A stretch of DNA of 32,515 nt from Microthyrium microscopicum. Taxonomy: Eukaryota. A program made the translations under genes and the position numbers. The stretch is from contig MU004231.1 in NCBI GenBank assembly GCA_010405405.1, forward strand, positions 4,462,689-4,495,203, in the 5' to 3' direction. The notes under the pieces are model-generated. The model saw only the letters and a program-made list of their open reading frames with translations, had not been told where the DNA came from and searched no databases. This document shows, one piece after another, positions 12,176-23,418 of the stretch. How positions within the stretch are numbered: the first letter of the stretch is position 1; every line of letters begins with the position of its first letter.

Positions 12176-13919
12176 TCAGCTCAAAAGCCTTCCCGCATAC
12201 TCGGCAATGGCTATCATCCTCTCCTCAGTAAATCTGCGGCCCACTATTTGAACTCCAACATGGGCGCCATCATATATCTCTGGATCATAGCCTTCAAATA
12301 CAGAGTTGTCATCATCGCTGAGAGGAGCATATCCTGGCTCATATTGATCCACCGCTTTGTCCACATGAGTAACTGGAACAGTCACGGACGTCAAATCGAG
12401 ACCATTCACCCACCCAGTAAATCCATAGTAACGATAATGGCCTGGTCTAGCAGCGGGAAAGGGAGCCACTGGAGCGATGACACCATCTACTGGACGACCT
12501 GTTCCAGTCAGAGACTCGGTGCTGTTCCAGTAATCCATATATTCTTTCTTGCATTGGCGTATTCCAACATTAACAGCTGCTATCTGAGAGGCAGTGGATT
12601 GTTCGGAAAGATCTGTTCCTAGTAGTAATTGTACTTGTGCGGATGATGGTTCTCCTGACAAGCCAAACGCTTTATCAGCATCTGCTCCACCATCAAATGT
12701 CCATGCAGAAAATGTTAAGGCGAGTATGGCTTTGTGAGATGGTGGCTTCCATTCGATGATTTTATGTCCAGCCTTTTCCAAAACCGCGACTAGCATGTTC
12801 ACCGCTCGTAGCACCGGCGGATTTGGGTTGACAACTCCATCGCCTCTCATAACCCCAAATGAGAGTTGCCCTCTCGATTTCGCATCGGTAGTGTTAACCA
12901 AGTCAGTGACTGCCTGCTCTTCAGCATCACGCCAAGGCATTTCTACAACCAAAGGATCGTGGTACCATGGTTTCTGCGATAGAAGCGATTTGACTACCAA
13001 TCTTAGCGAGCCTGCTGTGGTAGCTAGGGGCCCTACAACTGATAGCACCGAGTTTTGCCCATCAAAGGAATTTGCCATCCCTTCATATGGCAGCCGCCCA
13101 ACGGATGGACGGAGACTATATAGGCCATTGAAGACTGCGGGAATTCGGATTGATCCGCCAATGTCTGTCCCAAAACCGAGCGGTGATCCTCTCAAACTAA
13201 TCAATGCCCCTTCACCACCCGAGCTACCTCCTGAGGAAAGGTTGCGATTCTTGGGATTCCAAGTATATCCAATGATGTTGTTCACCGTCTCACCACTCAT
13301 CAAAGTATGAGGAACGCTGGTTTTGCAGTAGAGCACTGCTCCAAGGTTACGCAGTTCTCGAACCATTTCACTTTCGTAGATTTTCTGACGGGGATCATTT
13401 TTCTTGCCCTCAAAGGTGTCAATCCATCCTACGTATCCCATAGTAGTTTCGACGTCTTTGACGTGGAACAGATCTTTCAAAGACACAGGAACACCATGTA
13501 ATGGTCCAATGGGCTTCCCATGTTCTGCAAGATACTCGTCTAGTACACTGGCATCCCTCAATGCAGCATCGAAGAATGTCTCGTGAAGACAATTGACCTA
13601 GTATCCATTAACTTTGTGGCCAAAATGATCCCCGTCGTTGTCTCACTAATTGGTGTGCTAATGAAGCTCTATGGCAAAACGCTTTAGCAACCTCAACAGC
13701 GGACCACTGTCCTGTAGTTGTCTGCTTTGCAAGGCCAACTGCATCGGTTTCTGTGATCTCGATTTCCCTTGGTGTCAAAAACTGCTGGATATACGAACCT
13801 GTAACGTCTCGTTGCTCTTCGGCGTTAGGAATAGTTGATGTTATTCTCCATTTCTGAGGCAAAGAATCCAGTATGGACCTTTTCTTTGCACTAGCTTTTT
13901 CTTTCCAGTCTCGGTTCGT
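12176..13919 (-). CDS. Amidase signature family enzyme (acetamidase-like), about 564 aa; join(13919..13647,13597..12176); apparent start is ACG rather than ATG
   Basis: GPLHGVPVSLKD (catalytic Lys), GGSSGGEG and GTDIGGSIRIPA (Ser-Ser-Lys triad intact). Exon 1 WKEKASAKKRSILDSLPQKW..AFCHRASLAHQL joins VNCLHETFFDAA through a GTGAGA..TAG intron at 13646-13598. Confidence 0.9.
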
Positions 13920-15090
13920 TTTGAGGTGGATCAATTGAGCTGCGAAGAAACCGGAGAATCGCGAATATGTCTAGATACGTGCGGTTGCAAGGCTGACTGT
14001 ACCTGTTTCTAGACTGGTGCCCAACGTTGCATGACTCGGCCAGTACCCCTCGCTTTTGTTCAAGATAAGGACAGCAAGGGTAGAACGTAATAGTGGGTAC
14101 TTTATCACGAATGAAAACTTTCCAGGCTTGCCTTGTTATGCTTTCAGCGCTGCAAAGTTGTTGGCGTACTTCAGAAATCGCCTTTTCCTGAGCTCCCATC
14201 GAATGTGATGTTTGCCATAACATTTCTCAAAGAGAAGGTGTGATACTGGCCTGGAGCAACTCACTACCAGCAACAGCGCGCAAGACAAGAGGCTTGCTTT
14301 TAGTACCTTCTCAGGCGGAAATAGGCCTTGCTGATGGCGATTTGAAAGTCGTTAATGCAATTCCGCGGACACTCTCTGGTAAGTTGCTTTCATGCACAAC
14401 CGACGGACAAGATAAATGGCGCGCTCCCATCAGCTTCTTTGGCTTCACTTGCTTCATTTTCTATCGAGTGCGAAGACGCAGTTGCAAAATATTGATTAGG
14501 ATGGAAACTAGAGAGCATGATGTTCACAAGGTAGGAGGGAAGGTGGAAGACTTCGCCAATACTGTGTCCAACCATACTACAACCACGTGCCAACCACTAA
14601 GCCCGAACTCTTCAAGACCACTCAGACGTGCTCAACCGGTTGATCATAGTAAAGGCCTGGGGTGCGCGACTGGCTTGCAAAACCGAATCTTTGGACCTCA
14701 CGGAGCAAATCTACTTTCTCTCTTCTACTGAGCTGGCAAGGACTTACTATTGGTAGCGCGCCGAGATTCACAGAATACTCCCAACGCACCCAACTGGGAG
14801 ACATCGCTTTGTATGGCATAATTTCACTCATTCCAGGATGAGGTTCATGTGCTAGTTTGCTTCATATCGGATTTCAGATGGAAGCCCGGCTGCTAGTCCG
14901 CTGTTTGCGGTGGAAGAAGCAAATCGAACGGGAAGTCGCAGAGCACCCATGAGCAATAGGCCAAGCTACCTCATTGCCAAATGTCACCACCGTCGGTCTA
15001 CAACAAAATACTTCCACTACCTCATCAGTGCTACACAGAACCCTCTCAATCCCATCAAGTTACTCTCAGTCCCATCAAAATACCTTCAAA

Positions 15091-17103
15091 ATGGCTTCAG
15101 AGGACGAAGATATGCAAGATTCTCAAGCCACGCAATCCACTATTCCCGACTCTCCATTTGATCAAACGGCTCCTGGTGCCGACGACGACGAAGATGATAA
15201 CTCGGAAAGCGATGATGAGCCTCGCTCGCCACGCACATATTCAAGATTTTCGTCTTTCCAATCCGGTGCCACTGCGAATGATGAAGAGGAAAATATTCCT
15301 TTCCATGTCGAACGAGTCTGCAATCACATCGACAAGCTCACACCGCCGCAATATATACGGTTCTCGCTTCCTGGTCACGAATACGGCCTACTCCTTGAGA
15401 GCAAAGGCCTGGAGGCTGTTGCGTCGAAGATTCTTGATGATGAGATCAGTTCCGGATATTTCAAACCCGATCCGCAGTTACTGTCCAGCCTCAAATCTCT
15501 GACGTTGAGCTTTTTGACTGGCATCCACCGACCGACCTTGAAAGCGCTGATTGAAGGGGACCTCGCATATCAAGTGTTCCACAACCATGAAGTCAACAAA
15601 CGTGCGATGGAACTACGCGATCAGGTGCCAAAGCAGCTCGCTGGTATCTATCAAATCGCTCTCGTCGACAAATGCGGAGTAAGATTTCCCTTTTCCTTTG
15701 ACTACATGCCAGAGATCAAAATCTGCGATGTCCTCCAGCACATTTGATGGCTCCGATACCATGTGGATCCTCATACTAACAACAATCAGATGAGTCCTAC
15801 CGCAGCCCACCTGATAGAAGCTCATGACGTTGCTTTGCACTATACGGAACGCTCAGACGATCAAGAGCCCGAAAGATACGAGCATTTCGAAGAAATTGAC
15901 ACATACAAGCATGCAGCTTTTCCGCGGCGCGATTTAAGGTGGCGTCGATATCTCATGCATAAAGTCCAAGGTCGCTGGAAATGGAAGACAAAGCGTGTTG
16001 ATGCTTTCCGTTTGTTTCTTCACAATCTTAAGTACCTGCTGGATACTGTCCCTAATTCACACTTGGCCCAGCCATTTCCGTACCCACTGCGAGACATAGG
16101 TTATAGCAGTGATTTGGTAAGACGCGCGAAGGACCATGCAGAACACCAAAGCTCAAATGCCCTCATGTGCCTTCTTGATGCTGTAATCGCCACCACTGTC
16201 AATAACCACGTCTCAGGTTCTTTTGATGGCTCTCCATACAAGCAGATGTTTGTTGTGGTCAGCTTCATTCCTGCCACGATAATGTCTCCCCTGGCCGAAA
16301 TCGCGCTGACGCGCCTCGCTTCTGCATATTCGGAGTTCAGCGGTGTTGGTCTCAACACTCATCCAGCAGGGCGATCCGTTCCTCTTCCCAATGATCCTCC
16401 GCCAACCGATGCAATGTTCCAGCATTCATGGATGTGGGGATTCCAAAACAGCGCGATTATGAAAGAGAATATGGCCGACGACCAAATGAAAGCTAAGGCG
16501 AAGATTGACAAGCTCCAGAAAAAGTTCGCCACCCTGACGCAACAAGTCAAAGACCAAGAGATTGACCTTCTCCAATTCCACTACAACAAGGAGCACGAAG
16601 AAGCATTCAAACTCATGAAGCAAAGCGCTGGACCCTCGCTAAGACCACTCTACACGATGAGCCGAACTCTGTTTATGGAAGCCTTCCCGGAAGATTACAA
16701 CCGATACTATCACGAGGAGGTGGAGCCTGGTTTTTCATCTCCTCCACGCCTCACTCGAGCTCGAGCTCGCTCTCTGGGCTCCTCGAGCCCTACGTCATCC
16801 TTTGAGATCATAGGTCCAGTTCGCGGAGCCCAGACAGGCCTCACACAGCTCAATAGCCAAGACGATTCAGAAGCTCCCGCGCAAGCTGCTCTTCAAGCAC
16901 TTCCCCAAGCTCTCCCTCAGCAACAACCCAGTTTGGTGGTTCACCCCGTGGACCAAGTGGCATCTTCCTCTACCGCCAGTCCTTCTGCAGGTACTGCCGG
17001 CACGTCCTATCGGAGTAGAGGAATCATCCCAACACGTCCTACAGGCTGGTTTCGTGGTCGTGGTGCTGGTCGTCCTAGTGGCAGCCGTGCTAGTAGCCGC
17101 TAG
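15091..17103 (+). CDS. Orphan protein of about 633 aa with a divergent GIY-YIG nuclease-like domain, acidic N-terminus, coiled coil and low-complexity/RG-rich C-terminus; join(15091..15678,15790..17103)
   Basis: ATG in CAAAATGG context. A phase-0 intron GTAAGA..ACTAAC..CAG joins two long ORFs. Motifs GIY (15643), DIGYSSDLVRRAKDH (16093-16137), AEIALTRL (Glu 16297) and GLN (Asn 16354). The gene model is firmer than the functional call. Confidence 0.75.
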
Positions 17104-17180
17104 CAATACGACAAGCTGAACGGCCATGGTGTGATTGCTGGCGTCAAAGCTGTCCGTTGGTACAACTTGAACTGGTAATG

Positions 17181-17207
17181 GTAGCTACTTGTAGCTACTT
17201 GTAGCTA
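17181..17207 (+). repeat. Short tandem repeat (GTAGCTACTT) x2.7
   Basis: GTAGCTACTT GTAGCTACTT GTAGCTA read directly, in the 3' flank of the GIY-YIG-like gene. Confidence 0.7.
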
Positions 17208-18428
17208 GATCAAAAAGGCTGCTTTTCCAAACACATCCCTCGTAAGCTCTCTTAATTGAACAATTCAAGTCTTATCGGACTAGCAGGTCTTTTCCACCTT
17301 GCTAGTAGCTCTGGGCTGCCCAATCTGTGCTCTCTGTCATTCGCTTGGGTCGATATTCGCGGATGGGCTCTAGAAGTAACCGAAGAAAAGAACACTTGTA
17401 CACGGTTTGAATTCATGTATCAGCGTTAAATCATGACCTGCCTACCTGCAAGGAGGTCTCAGCACGAGATATATCCCAACCTGCTAGTCCCGTTTGCATT
17501 ACAGGACTCTTATACGATCTAAAGGATAAGAATCGGTTGCCCGAGCCTGCTGAAGTTACAAGGCTATGAGTATTGAAATGTTTGGTTGCTGAGACAGCCC
17601 CGTTAGCTTTTATTGAAGGTATTATCCGAGTAGTGCCAAACGGTTACCTCGCAGTCAACAACCTGTACACCTTTTACTGAATTATATTAGATGGCGCCAT
17701 GTGCGTAGTTTCAGGTCCCTAGAGCATGTAGGGAATGTCGAAGCCGTTAGTAGACGTTAGTATCATATGAAGATCCCCCTATGAGCCCGCTGGAATGCCA
17801 GATGACGCCAGTAGCAGTGCCACTGTTGGATGCTTCCATTCCTTCGCCGACTAAGTAATCCTTTTTGATGGAACTGATTTCGTGAGTTATCTACACGAAA
17901 AGCATCACCGCATTGGGAGGGCGTGATCATGTAAGCACTCCGTGTAATGCTCCGGTAACTACGAGCTCTGCCACCACACTTGATAAGAAGAATAGTCCTT
18001 CCCGTGCTTGTGAGAGTTGATATACGTTGCTGCGTGGATCTCAACAACGAGAAAAGTGTATCTTCTTTTGTTTCTGAGTGGCAGTCGCTGGTTTCGTTAT
18101 TGACGTGTGCCAAACAAAACAACTGGCGGACATATAAAGTACTTGGTTCACGCCCAAATCGTGAAACCCATCTGGACGGAAATCGCAGAGTTTGCTTCTG
18201 AGTACTCAACTGGGTCGACCTTGAGGGCCCACTAACACATCCAGCTTGGCCAATAAGCTTGAAATCTGAGGTGAAGTCTTGAAGTGAGGTTTCCCTGGCA
18301 ATCTCAACACGCCACTAGTAGTATATAACGTAGCAAACAACCTCCAGCTCAGTATTTTGGCTTCCAAACTTCTCTACTCTTCCCCAACGAGAAAAACTTG
18401 GCTCACTACGGAGTACACGCTTGCCACT

Positions 18429-18978
18429 ATGACGGACCCAAAGGAAGACGCAACCTCTGCCCCAGATCGCAATGTCGTTCCGGTTAGTAATATCTCATGA
18501 TATATTCAGTGCGCTAACAGCTTTCCCATAGATCGCGGAAGATCGACAAGCCGCTTTGAGCAGTGCCCTGGAGCAATTCTCGGACACGGTCACTCTGAAA
18601 GAACTACTGAAGGCCACACTCCCATTTCCAGTTTTCTTTGAGGAGGATGTTGATCCTAGTAGGTGTTTCAGCCTGAAATATGGCAGACTCTAACATTACT
18701 ATTTAGAAGCTACTGAGGCCATTCGCAAAGAGCTACAAACTGTCAAATCCGAAAATGGCGGCCTGCACTTCACCAACAAACTGCTTAGCGAATATCTGAA
18801 TAGTCTTCCTGACAAAATCAAAGCCGCTTCGGCTGATGAATCGAAAGATATGCGCATTAAGGAGCTGGAGGAGCAGGTGGAATATAAGAATAGGAAACTT
18901 GCTTACTATCGTGGAGATCATGCTCAATCTGAGGGCGAGGAGCGCGGTAGGAGTGGGGCTCGACAAGATGACATCTGA
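18429..18978 (+). CDS. Small orphan protein (about 150 aa) with a C-terminal coiled-coil segment; join(18429..18482,18532..18658,18707..18978); absent from the ORF track
   Basis: TATATAA at about 18322. ATG 18429. Introns GTTAGT..GCTAAC..TAG and GTAGGT..TCTAAC..TAG preserve one frame: MTDPKEDATSAPDRNVVP/IAEDRQAALSSALEQF..DP/KATEAIRKELQTVKSEN..KDMRIKELEEQVEYKNRKLAYY. The 3' end could extend through a further GTAGGA donor at about 18948. Confidence 0.7.
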
Positions 18979-20041
18979 CTGCCTTTTGGTCTGTTAGCAT
19001 GCTGTCACGCCGTTGGCTTGTCTTCAAATTAAGATACACGCCCATTAGCAGAGCATGTTGTGCCTCGAATGATTATAACTGTCCATGAATTGTCCTTGAC
19101 TCGATACTGTGACCAGGTTCAATAGAACCCATTGATCTTGATGCCTCCCACTATCTCTACGAGCGGCAATTCCTTCATCTGTCAATACAAACAGCGACTT
19201 CATTTGAGCTGCAACGGGTGATCTTGCTGACTCAGAGGTTCTGGATATCCCGCCTCTTTTTAATGAGGCCACGAGAGCATCAGAATCAATGCGATCCAAC
19301 ACGTCGCGACAAAGATCTCGGCAGAGCGTACCAAACGTTGAAAATCAGGCATCACCAGGAAAGAGGGAGAGTTGAAGGTTACGGTCTCATCAGGTTTTAT
19401 CTTGTTGTTGGGTTTGACGCGCGGAGCATTGCTTTGCAGGGATCCGATTATCATTATGGTAGCGCGCAGGCTGAGCCGATTGCCGCCGCGTCTATACCCT
19501 AGTGTGAGGTTAAAAAAACTTCCAACTACATACGGACGTAGTACGCTAGACAAACAACCACAAAGTGCATCCCATCGCTCAAAGGCCGATTCATCGTCTC
19601 TCCGCTCTTTCTCCTCGTTCTCCTCATCGTTTAGCGAAGGTTGCCAGTGATTCGACGCGTGGAGAAGCTGGAAACGTCAGTATCATCCTGCGAATATCAG
19701 CAATGCTTGGAGGAGCTCAGAAGTGGATCAAAGGCCAACCTGCCGACTGTTATAGCTTGCCACAATTGATGGGGCAATATTATTTCAGCAGTCATTGTTG
19801 ACGAGAGTGACCACAAGATCAGTGGCCACAAGCCAGCTGCGTTCGCAAGACCAGTCTCAGCTACCTTTATACAATCAAGATTTCATTACTACACAAAGCG
19901 AGCTGTTCAACATCACAAGTCTCTAATAAGCCCATAATACTACGCACTACAAGTACCGCCCTCGGTGACCCTTGAGAGAGGCATCGTAGCAAACGGCAAC
20001 CGAGGGCGCACTTCCTATAGTAGTGAGCAGCTCTTGCTGGA

Positions 20042-21119
20042 TCACTTCAAGGCATCTTCCCGCATGAGAGCAATGAGTGACTCTCGTGCCGTGAGGGCTT
20101 CCTGCAAGAAGGCGATATTTGCCAAACAGCGGTCCTTGAAGGCAAGAAGCTCCACGCACTTGTCACTCATAACATCGTGAACGTTAGACATTGTAGTGAA
20201 AGCCTGCTCCCATTCCTTCTGAGCAAGGAAAGAACTCTCCTTTTCCTGCTTCAGTTTTAGCTGCAACTCTGCGATTTCGTTCTTCAGTGCCTCAAGCCGT
20301 CCCTGGTAGGCTGCCTCCGCAGCGGAAATTGCCTTGTTGGTCGACTGGGTCGACTGGGCGTACTGTTGAGAGTTTGAGGCGACCAGATCTTGTAAGGTCT
20401 CCAGCAAGCTTTTGCCTCCCGTCGCGGATAAATCAAAGGACTGCAGACCGCCGGCCTTTAAGGTGGCGACTTCCGTAAGAAGGTCTTGGTTCTGAGCACT
20501 TGACTTTTGTAGATCCTCCTCAAGTTGTTTGATGCGCTCCATGGCGGCATTCAGCTTTACCGCATTAGCGACTGTATCTGGCAGTTGGAGTAGTAGCGAG
20601 TCTAAGTTATTCTCCTTGACTTGCAGCTGCCGAAGTTTGTTGTTGGTCTCTTCGTTTTGACGCTTGAATTCTGTTAGACGGTCAGCACTATCCAAAGTGT
20701 AGCAACTATATCAGTCTGGACTGAGATCGGTGCTTACCTTCTTGATCATCGTCGAAGAATAGGTCAAATGGCATTATCGACTTCAAAAACGGCTTGATGA
20801 AGTCGTGAAAACCGGGCGAGTTTGCGAAGTGTTTCTTGTAGGCTTTGGCAAAAGCCAGGACCTCCAGTTTGAAGTGATGAGCGTCCATAGCGTACTCGCC
20901 CTCGTTATCAACCAATTTGGCGAATGATTGGAAGCCCGAGGGCTTTCCCGCTTTAGTATCGTAGAGAACTTGCTGCTCCTGAATCGAATCCTCAAGTTTT
21001 GACACAATGGATTCGTTTTGCTGCATCTTGTCGTGATAATCATCGGAAAGTTTGGTTGCAAGAGCATTGTAGCTAGTCGCCGCTCCGAAGTTACGACTGA
21101 ACGCGGTTGTTGTAGTCAT
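20042..21119 (-). CDS. Orphan coiled-coil protein, about 336 aa; join(21119..20738,20670..20042)
   Basis: A phase-1 intron GTAAGC..GCTGAC/CTAACAG joins two track ORFs in frame (DDDQE-E-FKRQNEE). Heptad-rich segments include MERIKQLEEDLQK and RLEALKNEIAELQLKLKQEKE. Confidence 0.75.
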
Positions 21120-21687
21120 GATGGGCTATACCGAGTGTGCGGAAAGAGAATGTACGACCGAGACGTTGGGTTTGAGGGAACTGAAGTTTGGCGGCCGGAT
21201 GCTAAGCGCTGGTGAAGTGATGATGCTGAGTCTTCCAACATGCCTGCTGACGAGTCCCTTTACCATATCGTGCCTGCCGGGCAAAGTTGCTAAAGGTACT
21301 GTGGTGTTGGCGGTGACTACCTACAAACTTCGCAGGAACACCTCAAGATCAAGACTAGAGGTGCCCAATTGACCGAAAAGGAACGAAGGCGCCTCAGATA
21401 TCAATAGCTGGTAGTGTTGGAGTTATATTGGGTCAGTACTCCAGGTGAACTCGTAAACACTTCATGAAGCTCTTTCCGAATCAATATATTGCCCTGTTCC
21501 AAACAGTAAGACTTGCTCCTACCTTCATAGTCAGACCGACTTATCGTTTTCACCACCTTCATTATTGGGGCTGCTTCTTTAGCAAATCCCTTCTCTCCCA
21601 TTATACCCCTTCCCTCTCACCAGACCGCTTCAGACCCATCTCTTTCCTTTCACCAGATTTACTCTCTCCATTCGGTTACTTCTTCAA

Positions 21688-23418
21688 ATGTCGAACAATC
21701 CTCCAAACGTAGGTGATATCCCTATATCTGGCGGTGGCAATCAACCACGAAACTCCTTGAGTCGATCCAAATCATTACCAATGTCGTTGCCGCCGACAGA
21801 TCTGCCTGTCCGATCAAGTAGTAAGCGACCGACAGTGACCTCGCCAACTTTTGACAAGCAAACTCCCGACAAGAAGCGCAAGAGCAATGAGGGAGGCCCG
21901 ACTCGGCAAGAGATCCCGCAATTGCTTTTACAGGGCCCGACCAGCCCTGATCGCCCCGGTGTTCCTGCTATCAGCTCCATCGACGCAGTACTTAACCAGA
22001 ATACCTATTCTCTTCGCGTTCCTGCGGCCTTTGCCCCTGGAGTTCCGACTACGGGAGCCACAGTTGGGTCACTTGGGGGTTCCTCCACACTAGATGCTCC
22101 TTCAACACCAATTCCTGGTCTTGCTGCCAGTACGTCTGTCTCTATGGATACTGACATGCCACTTGCTCCTTCTATTCCTGAAGCACAAATGAGCATCTCT
22201 CGCACTCGAGCGCAATTCAAAGCGGAAACTGCAATGGCAAATCTTCGACGTATCTTTCTACCTGACCGAAGCGCAACCAGCAAAGAAAACAAAGTCATAC
22301 TAGAAGAAGTCGCCAATGTGAGCTCTTCGCCGAATATCTTGCCAAATGGACAGGACTTGCGGAGTAAGGCATTACTTGAACTGGAGGTATATCGACAGAC
22401 ACGTAGCGTGAGAGAACGTGTCCGTGGAACTGGAGATTTCTTGTCATCGGCACATGCCTCCTCCAGTGACACCTCTTTCGTTACTCGTCAGCACTTTCCT
22501 CCCGCCGGTGGACTTTCCTCATCTGCCAGCGCTCAGAACCAGTATCATCAGCCACAATCAGATGCTTCCACTCGATTGATTGATTTGTTCGCTCCTACTC
22601 TAGCTACCACTTCGGCCACGTCTAATGTCGAATTCGATACAGGCGCAACTCCTTCCAACCGCTCCTTCTTGCAATCGCGAAACACTTTGCGATCGCCAGT
22701 GCGTCATTTATCTGTAGTCGTACCATCTCGTATACCAGCTCCAGATCCGAATTCACCGCTCACTCCTCGGACCCGTAAGTATTCCGTAGCAATCAACTCC
22801 TCCTTTACTGACATAACTTCAGCATACGGATCTATGCGCGCGATTCAAGGCCTCGCAGCTTCCAAGCTTGGCATCCAATCTTCGGACGATCAAGACGTCG
22901 CTGCTCCCCCCGCTGACCCCACTCCTCCTATCGTTCTGAATAATCCGGATACTCTGGCTGTTGTTGCTGCTTCTCCTGCTCGTTGGAAGAACCTGCCCGC
23001 AATGCCCACACCACCCATGAACTACCCTCTACCCGTTCGGTTCATCCTTGACGCATACACACTTGCTCTGGATAGAATGGCCATAACGCAAGGAAAGGCC
23101 AAAAAGACCAAAGGCGATTCATCTAGCACCATAGCACCTACTCAAATTCCCGCATGCGCCTTCAGTTACCTGAAGAAGACTAGTCAGCCTGGCTGGGAGA
23201 CAGCCACTGCCGGTGAGGAATACATCACTCGGTGTGATTATTGTCGAGGAAATGGGAAGGACCCAAAAGCCAATGCTCTATGCGCGCAGCGATCAGGCAA
23301 TCAATGGTTCGTTAGACGTCACGAGAACAGCACTGGCTCGCCAACAGATGACAGCTACTATATAGGTGACGGAGTGAACAAGTATCCTCCTGCTCCTTCA
23401 GGTCTCGGCCGTAGATAG
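21688..23418 (+). CDS. Orphan Ser/Pro/Thr-rich, largely disordered protein (576 aa) with a basic NLS-like motif and a C-terminal Cys cluster
   Basis: Long uninterrupted ORF with ATG in TCAAATGT context after a pyrimidine-rich leader. PDKKRKS is NLS-like. C...RCDYC-x12-C lies near the C-terminus. Divergent from the 21119 gene. Confidence 0.75.
   Translation: MSNNPPNVGDIPISGGGNQPRNSLSRSKSLPMSLPPTDLPVRSSSKRPTVTSPTFDKQTPDKKRKSNEGGPTRQEIPQLLLQGPTSPDRPGVPAISSIDAVLNQNTYSLRVPAAFAPGVPTTGATVGSLGGSSTLDAPSTPIPGLAASTSVSMDTDMPLAPSIPEAQMSISRTRAQFKAETAMANLRRIFLPDRSATSKENKVILEEVANVSSSPNILPNGQDLRSKALLELEVYRQTRSVRERVRGTGDFLSSAHASSSDTSFVTRQHFPPAGGLSSSASAQNQYHQPQSDASTRLIDLFAPTLATTSATSNVEFDTGATPSNRSFLQSRNTLRSPVRHLSVVVPSRIPAPDPNSPLTPRTRKYSVAINSSFTDITSAYGSMRAIQGLAASKLGIQSSDDQDVAAPPADPTPPIVLNNPDTLAVVAASPARWKNLPAMPTPPMNYPLPVRFILDAYTLALDRMAITQGKAKKTKGDSSSTIAPTQIPACAFSYLKKTSQPGWETATAGEEYITRCDYCRGNGKDPKANALCAQRSGNQWFVRRHENSTGSPTDDSYYIGDGVNKYPPAPSGLGRR

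Noticed and set aside
3935..13586. Many antisense or alternate-frame ORFs within LEU1, hydantoinase, HET and amidase
   Set aside because: Shadow ORFs of real coding sequence with no independent motifs.
14240..14731. 163-aa ORF between the amidase and the GIY-YIG-like gene
   Set aside because: Non-ATG start, no motifs or splice support; it lies in a divergent promoter region.
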